Positions 18,067 to 25,690 of a DNA stretch of 64,000 nucleotides are shown here, one piece after another. Source of the DNA: a virus; IMG/VR virus record IMGVR_UViG_3300045141_000143, positions 4,061 through 68,060 of that record; one strand, given 5' to 3'. The first letter of the stretch is position 1; each line of letters begins with the position of its first letter. The notes below the pieces were generated by a model. The model was not told the origin of the DNA, made no database searches, and saw only the letters and a program-made list of their open reading frames with translations. The position numbers and the translations under genes were made by a program.

Positions 18067-18275
18067 TGCCGGGGCATAGCCTGCATCCGCGACCGGGGTT
18101 CAATTGGCTGGCGGTGTCGTGGGGCGGGCCAGACGAGGTCGTGTCGGAGACCTGTTCCTACTGCGAGGCGGTGATCCCCGATGACGATGTGCCGCTGATC
18201 CTGTGGAACAACGACGGCTGGTGCGCTCGCTTCTGCCTGAAATGCTGCCGCAAATGGTGGGGCATGTCGGGGTGA
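18066..18275 (+). CDS. Small Zn-finger protein
   Basis: CSYC..FCLKC. Confidence 0.65.
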   Translation: MPGHSLHPRPGFNWLAVSWGGPDEVVSETCSYCEAVIPDDDVPLILWNNDGWCARFCLKCCRKWWGMSG

Positions 18276-18805
18276 CGAACGAGGAGCTATTGCTCCGAAT
18301 GTTCCCCGAGGCCGTCGCCAAGCGCGAGGCAGCCTACGAGCGCGGCCGCCAAATGCTGCGCGGGGTCAGGGCTGGAGTGCCGGTCCCAGACTTGGCCAGG
18401 CGGTTCGGCATGTCCCGCACCCGTGCCTACCAAATTCTACACAAGGCCGAGAAGAACCGGGAGGCGCCGGTCGCGCAGTACTTTCGCCAGACCTGGGCCG
18501 ATTATGAGCAGCTCTGCAGCCGACGCCCCACCGCTCCAGAGAAGCCCCGTCGGCCTCGCCCTAAGCCACCAAGAACGGATTGGTATCGGATGGAAGACCA
18601 GCGACAAGGCGAAGCACTGACCGCGCTCATCATCCAGAAGCTCTCCCCGGTCCTCGATGGCGAGCCGCTGCCCCTCGTGATCGAGGCAGTAGCAGCGGCG
18701 ATGATGGCGCTGCTCGCGTCCAGCGTGCCGTTCCCCGCACAGAAGCGAACGGTGTTGCTCAGTTATGCGCAACGCATCCTGAATTATGCAGAGGAGGTGA
18801 CCTGA
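18272..18805 (+). CDS. HTH (sigma-70 region 4-like) protein
   Basis: GVPVPDLARRFGMSRTRAYQIL. Confidence 0.65.
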   Translation: MTNEELLLRMFPEAVAKREAAYERGRQMLRGVRAGVPVPDLARRFGMSRTRAYQILHKAEKNREAPVAQYFRQTWADYEQLCSRRPTAPEKPRRPRPKPPRTDWYRMEDQRQGEALTALIIQKLSPVLDGEPLPLVIEAVAAAMMALLASSVPFPAQKRTVLLSYAQRILNYAEEVT

Positions 18806-19188
18806 TGCCGCGTTGGACCCACGCCGTATGCGACGTGTGCTGGGAGGCACAGGAGCCTGGAGCGCTGCCGGTGCGGATGGCCAAGCCCGTCATAGAGTAT
18901 TGCGGATGGTGTGCGCAGCGGACCGAATCGGGGATCTATCGGCGGGCCGACCCTGAGACGGTGCCCTACCCCGATCAGCCAGCCGATGCGCGATGTTTCA
19001 TCGCGGGGTTCCGTCGCTCGTCGCTGCCGCCTGGCGCCGCCTACATCGACACCGACCAGGGCCGGCGCATCTACTTCGGCCGCATGGCCGACGGCGACGC
19101 GGTGTTCATCGCTGGCCAGTTCCGCGAGTGGCGGCGGATCGCACTGAGACGCCGATCGCCGCCGCCTCGCGGCCTGGGCCTGTCGTGA
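18805..19188 (+). CDS. Hypothetical Cys-rich protein
   Basis: CDVCW..CGWC; coupled ATG. Confidence 0.55.
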   Translation: MPRWTHAVCDVCWEAQEPGALPVRMAKPVIEYCGWCAQRTESGIYRRADPETVPYPDQPADARCFIAGFRRSSLPPGAAYIDTDQGRRIYFGRMADGDAVFIAGQFREWRRIALRRRSPPPRGLGLS

Positions 19189-19354
19189 TGAAGCGCAAGC
19201 GTTGGACAAGTCGCGCGGAGTACTACGCGAACCGTCGGATCTGTCGCATGTGGCGCAGCGGCCGGATCACGTTCACTGCGTTCGACTGGTGGCTGCGCTC
19301 CATGAGTGGCGTTTGAGCGCGCGTAGACTCCACACTCAGTAATTCAATTCCTGA

Positions 19355-19384
19355 GAATTAGTGAGTGAGGCCGAATTAGTGAGT
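19355..19384. repeat. Direct repeat GAATTAGTGAGT x2 in AT-rich patch (candidate Rep-binding origin)
   Basis: Copies at 19355 and 19373 at the 3' end of the rep-like gene. Confidence 0.55.
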
Positions 19385-19894
19385 AAGCGCGGCCCGCTGG
19401 TCTGCCAGAACCTGCCGCTGTCGCCGTTCCAGCAGGTCAGTCGGCCCCTGTGGCGCTGGCGGAACCCGCCTTTCTTGTTGGTGAGCAATCTTCTCTGAAT
19501 CAAACCTTCGGATTGGTGGCTCGCACTGAGCTTCGCAGGCGGGACACAGCACATAGGCGTTGGAGGTCTGCTCGCAGCGCCAGCCGGTGCCCGTGTCGCG
19601 CCGCAGCCGCCGCTGCCAGCGGAGGAAGCCCAGCCCACGGAGCCGCACCAGAGCCCGCTTGGCGGTTGCCAGGGAGCAATCGGCCCAGTCGGCTATGGTC
19701 GCCTGGGACGGGTCCAAGCGGCCGTCGGCGCCGAGCATACGGACCAGCACCTCGCCGACCTTCAGTTGGTCAGCGGTGATCCTGCCCGCCCTCCTGAACT
19801 GCCGCAGCAGCCATCCCAGCCTCGCCTTGCCCTCTCGCGGGATCGGCTGGCGCAGGCCGTCACCGAACACTGAACCTCGTAGCCATCGTTGCAT
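19376..19894 (-). CDS. Plasmid-type HTH replication protein
   Basis: GRLDPSQATIA..A.CS..T.KRAL..L..LG.LRW.RRL..R.EQTSNAY, typical of alphaproteobacterial small-plasmid Rep. Confidence 0.7.
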   Translation of the reverse strand: MQRWLRGSVFGDGLRQPIPREGKARLGWLLRQFRRAGRITADQLKVGEVLVRMLGADGRLDPSQATIADWADCSLATAKRALVRLRGLGFLRWQRRLRRDTGTGWRCEQTSNAYVLCPACEAQCEPPIRRFDSEKIAHQQERRVPPAPQGPTDLLERRQRQVLADQRAALTH

Positions 19895-19984
19895 CAGTCC
19901 CCCTCGTCGGGACCGACCGTCAGGACGCAGCTACCCACTCCCAATACGGGCTTGCATTTGGCACGTTGATGCGGGATAAACTGA

Positions 19985-20050
19985 TGCTGCCAAGCAGTCA
20001 GTTGATCCCGCGTGGGGGTTGTGGGGCCGGTCCTTTGGATCGGCCTTTCG
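19985..20050 (+). ncRNA. Candidate counter-transcribed antisense RNA upstream of rep
   Basis: Promoter-like CTTGCA..GATAAACT (19951-19982), then hairpins ending GGCCGGTCC-TTT-GGATCGGCC-TTT, antisense to rep leader. Confidence 0.4.
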
Positions 20051-20214
20051 ACTATCTACGCATTGGATCTCCGTCGCCCCCTGGAATCGGGAAGCATCCC
20101 GCCACTTTGCGCTGCGGGCTGTGCATCGTGCAAGGGGTTATCGTTTCACTGTTGCAAAACTGCCACCAGGTATTCCAGCCGGTTAATCCCCATTGCCTCG
20201 ACGCAGCGACAGGT

Positions 20215-20574
20215 TTACTCGCCGGGTAAAGGAGTAAACCCGATGAGCGATGACCTTCAGCGGTTGCGGCACTGGCAGATCAAGGACTTCCCCGAGGACA
20301 AGCGCCTGGGTGTGGCCGGCGCCGCGAAAGCGGCCAACCAGACGGTCGCCGCATGGCTGGAGCCGATCATCGACCGCGCCCTGACCGGGACTGACGCCAC
20401 GGTTACTCGCCGGGTAAACCAGCCAGAGGCGCCGCCTGATGACCTGATCCGCTTGGTGGAAGCGGCTTGCCTGTTCGCGGACCACGCCGGGGCGATGCCG
20501 CCCGGTCTGCGCAACGCGGTCGGTCGTCGGCTGCGGTCTGCGCTGGAACCCGACCGGGTTACCAATCGGGTAAA
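20215..20574. repeat. TTAC-N4-CGGGTAAA repeats x3
   Basis: TTACTCGCCGGGTAAA at 20215 and 20403; TTACCAATCGGGTAAA at 20559. Confidence 0.65.
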
Positions 20575-20683
20575 CCGGCCCAAGCAGCTTCCAGCGCCGG
20601 TCAGTGGCGTGCTCGGCCCGACCGTCGAAGACGCGAACCAAACTCTCCAGGATGGCAGCGAAGCAAGCCTAGCGGCCGAGTGA
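20243..20683 (+). CDS. Ribbon-helix-helix DNA-binding protein
   Basis: WQIKDFPED.R..V..AA....QTVA.WL..II. Confidence 0.65.
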   Translation: MSDDLQRLRHWQIKDFPEDKRLGVAGAAKAANQTVAAWLEPIIDRALTGTDATVTRRVNQPEAPPDDLIRLVEAACLFADHAGAMPPGLRNAVGRRLRSALEPDRVTNRVNRPKQLPAPVSGVLGPTVEDANQTLQDGSEASLAAE

Positions 20684-20935
20684 CATCAGCGGGTTAGAGC
20701 CAAGATGCGCTCAACCATTTCAGCCTCACTTTCGACGCCCGCTTTCTCCAGGATCGCCCGCTCGCTCTCTGGCTTTATCGCGGCGGGCAGAACCCTGGGC
20801 TTCGGCAGCTCTACCGCCCTGGCTGGCGCTGGCGGCGGCGCCGGTGGCGCCGCTGGCGGTCGCGGCTTCGGGACCGGCCTACGCTTCGCCGGGCGCTCGG
20901 CACGGGGTGGCGGACCCTTCGGTGCCCTGGGCGGC

Positions 20936-21232
20936 TTACGCACGACTGCCCCGCTTCGCCAGATCGGGGAAGCCAGCCTGCACCAGCGACATCCGCCCCA
21001 GCGTGAGTTCGCGCTTGGTCTCGGGTTCAAGCTCCCGCCACTCCGCAACCGTCAGCGGTCGCCAGAGCCCGCCCTCAACGAGCGTGTGGTAGACGCCGCA
21101 GTTCATGCACGCCGCCACGTCACCCGGCACCGGGATGTCGGAACGGCGCGCATCCATAGGCGAGGCGGCGTCCATCACGTAGCCGCACTGGTGGCACATC
21201 CACGGCCGATAGCGCGTCACTCCCTTCGCCAC
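20936..21232 (-). CDS. Cys-rich hypothetical protein
   Basis: CHQCG..DAAS..P.PGD...CMNCG. Confidence 0.7.
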   Translation of the reverse strand: MAKGVTRYRPWMCHQCGYVMDAASPMDARRSDIPVPGDVAACMNCGVYHTLVEGGLWRPLTVAEWRELEPETKRELTLGRMSLVQAGFPDLAKRGSRA

Positions 21233-21438
21233 TACGCGGCCTCCTTCCCGTAGGTGAACAGATCGCAGGTTCCCATCGCCATGATCGTGCCAGCCACCAC
21301 GGAACAGGACTGCATGTGCGGGTCGAACGTCAGGCAGATCATGCAGGGAGAGCGGCGGTCGGGGGATGGGTGGATGTAGCGCGCGGCGGCCTTGCTGGTT
21401 TTTTCGATGGTGGTGTCGGGTGAATCGCCAGTCGCCAC
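21232..21438 (-). CDS. HiPIP (high-potential iron-sulfur protein)-like
   Basis: K.SKAAA.Y..P..C-x2-C-x9-C(.VVAG.I...G.)-x12-C-x2-F. Confidence 0.65.
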   Translation of the reverse strand: MATGDSPDTTIEKTSKAAARYIHPSPDRRSPCMICLTFDPHMQSCSVVAGTIMAMGTCDLFTYGKEAA

Positions 21439-21442
21439 AATC

Positions 21443-21739
21443 TCACCTCCTAAACCCGTCGATGTACAGGACAGGCGTCGTCGGCTTGGTCGCCGCTTTC
21501 AGGCGCTCGAACAGATAGCCCTCAACGGGCAGTGTCGTTCCGGTCTTCTTCACATAGTCCCCAAGACGACGGCGGTAGGCTGCGTGACTCAGCAGCGCAT
21601 CGGGCTCTTTCTTGCCTGGGCGCAAAGCCTGTTGCTTCTCTCGCGGCCGGCGCGGGGCGCTGGCCTCCTCGCCCAACTTGATCGCTTGGATCTGCATGTG
21701 AACGGTCTCGGTAAGCATCGGATCGAACTTCCACGCCAT
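21443..21739 (-). CDS. Hypothetical protein (paralogue of 21749-22006)
   Basis: MAWKFDPM..IQAIKLGE.AS.PRR. Confidence 0.65.
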   Translation of the reverse strand: MAWKFDPMLTETVHMQIQAIKLGEEASAPRRPREKQQALRPGKKEPDALLSHAAYRRRLGDYVKKTGTTLPVEGYLFERLKAATKPTTPVLYIDGFRR

Positions 21740-21748
21740 TGGACTCTC

Positions 21749-22006
21749 CTACCGGAAGATCGCTGACAACGAGATCACAGGCGTCAGCTGTCCGCAGACC
21801 GGACAATCAACGTGCTTGTCGTGGTTGTGCTCGATCCACTCGTCGCGGACCCTCCGGGTTTCCTCAGACATCGCCGGATCGGGCTGGTTGGGTGGCATTC
21901 GCCTTAGTCGTAGTCGGCGGGGCTGGCTCCTGGCCTCGCCGCACCTGATCGCCAGGATCGTCATCTCAATCGCTACATGGCCGAGCGGGTCGAAACGCCA
22001 CGTCAT
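21749..22006 (-). CDS. Hypothetical protein with C-terminal CPVC
   Basis: GGAGG RBS; MTWRFDPL..ILAIRCGEARSQPRR. Confidence 0.65.
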   Translation of the reverse strand: MTWRFDPLGHVAIEMTILAIRCGEARSQPRRLRLRRMPPNQPDPAMSEETRRVRDEWIEHNHDKHVDCPVCGQLTPVISLSAIFR

Positions 22007-22166
22007 CGTCAGATTCCTCCCTCCCGGACCTGCGTCGGTGGGGCCGAACCGCTTTCGTTGGCGGCGCTGGCGGGCCTGACTGAAGGTCCGGGTTTGTGTC
22101 CTCAGTCGCGCCGGGATGGCATCGGCTCGCCAGCTACACGGAACGGTAGCGACAGCGTCACAGTCG

Positions 22167-22279
22167 TGCAATATGCACATTCCCGATTTGGTCAAAGATG
22201 CACAGAATGCCTGACAAGGCGTCGTGATCTGTGGACAAATCGGGGGATGCAATGCGACGGTGCGCGTGCAGGATGCACA
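22167..22279. promoter_or_regulatory. Divergent promoter region with two TGCA-N3-TGCACA sites
   Basis: TGCAataTGCACA at 22167, TGCAggaTGCACA at 22267. Confidence 0.6.
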
Positions 22280-22290
22280 GGGTAAGCGCC

Positions 22291-22626
22291 ATGAACGAGG
22301 TCAAGCCGCCTGTGGATGACGAGGTCGCCGCCTTGTCGGCCGCCATCGCCAAGGGCGCGGCCAACGCCATGAAGGCGGTGGAGGATGGCGGCGGCGTCGA
22401 CTCGGTGTTCGAGGCTGGGATGCGGATGGGGATCACCATCGCTATGGGGCTGGCGACCGCCAGGGCCATCAGGGAGCGGCGGCAGCGGGACAAGTATCGG
22501 GATAAGGCGCTGGGGCAGGGGGCCTTCTACCAGCGCCACGACTACCGCGCGCAGGCCTTCGCCGAGATGGCCAATGCGATGGAGCGGTGGAACGCGGCGC
22601 ACGGAGTCGAGGGCGACTCGGAGTGA
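22291..22626 (+). CDS. Hypothetical protein
   Basis: First gene of + strand block; typical codon usage. Confidence 0.65.
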   Translation: MNEVKPPVDDEVAALSAAIAKGAANAMKAVEDGGGVDSVFEAGMRMGITIAMGLATARAIRERRQRDKYRDKALGQGAFYQRHDYRAQAFAEMANAMERWNAAHGVEGDSE

Positions 22627-22853
22627 GTCCCCCGTTCCCGATTCACCCCAAGATCCAGTTCGTCAGCACCGAACAGGCCGAGCAGGCCGACGTGATGGTG
22701 TGCATGTCGTGGACGGACCCGCCCGTCCTGCGAGACAACCTCCAGGCCGCGTGCGGCGTGTGCGGCCACCTCGTCCAGCATCGTCCGAATGCGCCTGTGC
22801 GGCCGATGAAAGTATGCGTGTCCTGCGCGCCATCCATCATCCGGCAGCAGTGA
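22623..22853 (+). CDS. Small Zn-finger protein
   Basis: CGVCG..CVSC. Confidence 0.6.
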   Translation: MSPPFPIHPKIQFVSTEQAEQADVMVCMSWTDPPVLRDNLQAACGVCGHLVQHRPNAPVRPMKVCVSCAPSIIRQQ

Positions 22854-23384
22854 ATTGTTCGCGATTCGCCCCCTGCTGAAACAGGTGGACCTAGCGAATG
22901 ACGTCGCGCAGGAGGCGCTGGACGCCGGCGATCTGGTCACTTTCTGCGCAGCGATCCAGCTGGCGGCGCAGCTGCTGCAACTGGCGAGGATCTGGGAGAG
23001 GATGAACCGATGAGCGTCTGGTACTGCTCGGCGTGCCGAATCGCCTATGCGTCGGTGCCCTACTGCCCGCGGTGCGGCGCGGTCGGAGTTCGCCAGCCGT
23101 GAGCGACGCCGAGCGGCGAGAGATAGCGCTACAGGAGATAGGCGACGCCGCTGCGGACTGTGTGAAGCGCCTGGAGCGGCTAGCGCGCTGGCTGGACGCC
23201 CTGACGGCTGACGAGGCGTTGGCATGGTCCCAGGCGCGGCAGGCGTGCGACCGGCTCTATCTCGCGGTCAACCAGCCATGACGCTGGAGAGGCGCTGGGT
23301 GCGGCTCTGCGTCCTCTGGTACGTGTGCGGCCTCGCGACCGGGCTCGTCGCTGCGGCATGGTTCGCGAAAGCCAGGGGCATCTG

Positions 23385-23642
23385 GTGACGGCCCCCGGCT
23401 ATTGGATGTACGAGACGAGCGGTGTGCTGCGGCCTGCGATCGTGGCCTATCTGGACGGCGAGGAGATGACGCCAGAGCAGATCGTCGCCATGCGCGCGTA
23501 TATCCGGCAGTGGATCTTTGCCCCGGTATGGACAGGCCCAGAGATCGAGAACCTGCGCGCGATGGTCGCTGGCATCACGAGTCGAGAGCGGCTTGAGTTC
23601 TGGTTGGACGAGGCCGAGGCCTGCGGGATCGATCCGCTATGA
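23385..23642 (+). CDS. Conserved phage hypothetical protein
   Basis: PGYWMYETSGVLRPAI.AYL..MRAY.RQWI..GIDPL. Confidence 0.7.
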   Translation: MTAPGYWMYETSGVLRPAIVAYLDGEEMTPEQIVAMRAYIRQWIFAPVWTGPEIENLRAMVAGITSRERLEFWLDEAEACGIDPL

Positions 23643-23938
23643 GCGAGACGGTGCAATTCTGCCCGCAGTGCGGGACCAAGACATGGCACGTCAGCGGCGT
23701 GTGCGAGTGGTCTGACTGTCACAAGAAGTGGCGCCAGGGCGACCGCGTGCTGATCGCCATCGGATCGGACAGCACGCCTGGGGTGGTGATCCTCGCGTCG
23801 GGCAACGGCAAAAGTTTGATGCTGGAGTTCGAAGCGATCTTGCATGGCCACGTCGGGACGATGCCGGTGCTGCTTGAGGAGGACGGCTGCTTTCGCTCCA
23901 TCGTCACCGGAGAGGTCGTGGAGCTGACGCCGCGATGA
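23639..23938 (+). CDS. Hypothetical protein with Zn ribbon
   Basis: CPQC..C..C; VILASGNGKSLMLEFE. Confidence 0.65.
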   Translation: MSETVQFCPQCGTKTWHVSGVCEWSDCHKKWRQGDRVLIAIGSDSTPGVVILASGNGKSLMLEFEAILHGHVGTMPVLLEEDGCFRSIVTGEVVELTPR

Positions 23939-24396
23939 CGACGGCTGACACCTACTCGGACGGCACTCTGAGCCTGATCGCGGTGAAACGTCCACGCCTG
24001 GAAGGCTGGCGCGAGGTTCCCACTGACGGATTGCCGGTGGTGAGACACAAGGGCGCCCCGGTGCGGGCCTTCTTTCACGAAGCCTCATCGCTGGCTGTCC
24101 TGTCCGCCGTGGAGTTCATCGATGACGGTAAGGTCGACGGACCAGAGTATCACCTCAGCATCAGCCGCCAGCATCGCACGCTCGGCACGCGCCGTTGCTC
24201 ATCGAACGAAGCGCGATGGGTGCTGAAGCAGTTCGGCATCGAGGAAGCGATCGAGGACAATCACGTTCCCGGCGGCCGCGTCCGCAACTTCTGGCGGCCG
24301 GTCGCAGACCCGATGGTTGGGCGTGAGTGCCTGTGCGTCGAGAGTGAACCTGCGATCGTTGAGGATAAGGGCGACTTCGTTTGGAGGGCGGCCTAG
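23935..24396 (+). CDS. Hypothetical phage protein
   Basis: EYHLSIS..EEDNH-like..RNFW..C.C. Confidence 0.7.
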   Translation: MTTADTYSDGTLSLIAVKRPRLEGWREVPTDGLPVVRHKGAPVRAFFHEASSLAVLSAVEFIDDGKVDGPEYHLSISRQHRTLGTRRCSSNEARWVLKQFGIEEAIEDNHVPGGRVRNFWRPVADPMVGRECLCVESEPAIVEDKGDFVWRAA

Positions 24397-24632
24397 ACCG
24401 CCTCCTGCCCCTTGCCCTCACGCACCAGCTTGGCTGATCCAGGGCAGCAGCACCCGCACCACCAATGCAGGCGAGGCGCTCTGGTGAACCCGTCCAGCCA
24501 ACCGGCGCGCTCCAACTCCCGATCGTCCCCGTAGGGGCAATCCGCCGCCGCAGTGCCAGCGCGCTTCGCCTCGTCGCCTTCGCGGCGGCAGCGTTCGACA
24601 ATCAGCATAGCCATCGCGAGGTTGTCGTTCAT
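24393..24632 (-). CDS. Rmf/CrpP-fold small protein
   Basis: EG..A..G....CPY......WLDGF. Confidence 0.6.
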   Translation of the reverse strand: MNDNLAMAMLIVERCRREGDEAKRAGTAAADCPYGDDRELERAGWLDGFTRAPRLHWWCGCCCPGSAKLVREGKGQEAV

Positions 24633-24714
24633 GGGTTCCTACTCTTCAAAATGCCCATTTTGAAACCTGACATGGAGCAAAGCGCCAATTGCCACAATTG
24701 GCCAGACGCCGGGC

Positions 24715-24746
24715 AAAAAAAAACCCCGCCATTGCCCACGGCGGGG
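24715..24746 (-). terminator. Rho-independent terminator ending late operon
   Basis: On - strand CCCCGCC-loop-GGCGGGG followed by T9. Confidence 0.85.
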
Positions 24747-24792
24747 GAGGCTAGCGACTCGGAAGGTGTTCTCTTAACCCAGAACCCGCTGA

Positions 24793-25032
24793 CTATAGCC
24801 GAGGAGCGTGCTCGGCGCAGTACTCGCGGGTGACTGCCCTTTTCTCGACCTTGCTGATGACGAAGACGGTCGCCTGGGCGCCGCACTGGCACCGTCGGGC
24901 ATAGAAGGCGGCGAGCTGCTCCTCGCGCCATGCTGCGGCCCTGGCCTTGCTCTCGGCCTTCCTGGCCGCTCTGGCAGTCGCCCGCGCCTGGTGTTCGTCT
25001 GGACCAGGCGCGGTGCCGCCCTTCGACCTCAC
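24793..25032 (-). CDS. Small Cys-rich protein
   Basis: RRCQCGAQATV..YCAEH. Confidence 0.6.
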   Translation of the reverse strand: MRSKGGTAPGPDEHQARATARAARKAESKARAAAWREEQLAAFYARRCQCGAQATVFVISKVEKRAVTREYCAEHAPRL

Positions 25033-25310
25033 CGCGAAGGCTCTTGGTCGTCAGTCGCCTTTCTCTTCGCTGGCGCGGGAGCCGGGACCAGCCCGTGCGG
25101 TAGAGCTTCTAAGGGGATGGTCTTGCTGCACGCTTCCAGAAGCGGGACCAGCACTCGCTCGCGGGAAGCGTTCTGCTGCGACAAGAGCCAGAAGAGCGCA
25201 CCGATGTAGACTGCGTTAATCAGGAGGACCATCAAGAGGTGCGATGGCAACGCTCCGATCAGCTTGTGCGAGATGCCAGCGATCATCCCGTGCTGCTGCT
25301 CTTCGGTCAC
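25029..25310 (-). CDS. Membrane protein, putative holin
   Basis: One hydrophobic helix; next to peptidoglycan hydrolase. Confidence 0.5.
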   Translation of the reverse strand: MTEEQQHGMIAGISHKLIGALPSHLLMVLLINAVYIGALFWLLSQQNASRERVLVPLLEACSKTIPLEALPHGLVPAPAPAKRKATDDQEPSR

Positions 25311-25681
25311 AACGAAGCCTCTGTCTCGACCACGCAGTAGCGGTCGCCATCATCGCAGGCAGGACCGACGCCGTTCTTGAACCTGATGATCCTCTCCGCG
25401 ACGGGATGCAGCACCCACTGGTCGATCACGCGGAGGCCGTCATCGTTCTGGTCAAGCAGGATCGCTATGTGGCTGCTGCCGTCGGTGGAGTTGGTATAGC
25501 GCCCGTTGTTGAACGTCGCGACAACTGCACCAGGCGGAAGATCGGCGCCGCGCACCTTGATCCCTTGCCGCAGCTTGGAGGAGTTCGGCACGCCTGGGTC
25601 AACCAGCTGGACGAGTGCCATGCACTGGCCGGATCCGACGACCTTACCGATCCAGCGGTGAGTGTCCGATGCGACGAACAT
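25307..25681 (-). CDS. Endolysin, BPSL0067/Tae2-like cysteine amidase
   Basis: GQC.ALVQ..G.KV..PG.VVATF..GRY..SH.AI..V.DQW. Confidence 0.8.
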   Translation of the reverse strand: MFVASDTHRWIGKVVGSGQCMALVQLVDPGVPNSSKLRQGIKVRGADLPPGAVVATFNNGRYTNSTDGSSHIAILLDQNDDGLRVIDQWVLHPVAERIIRFKNGVGPACDDGDRYCVVETEASL

Positions 25682-25690
25682 AGCGGCCTC

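Noticed and set aside
24684-24702. GCCAATTG-CCA-CAATTGGC palindrome as telomere resolution site
   Set aside because: Too short and no protelomerase; more likely an operator for 24393-24632
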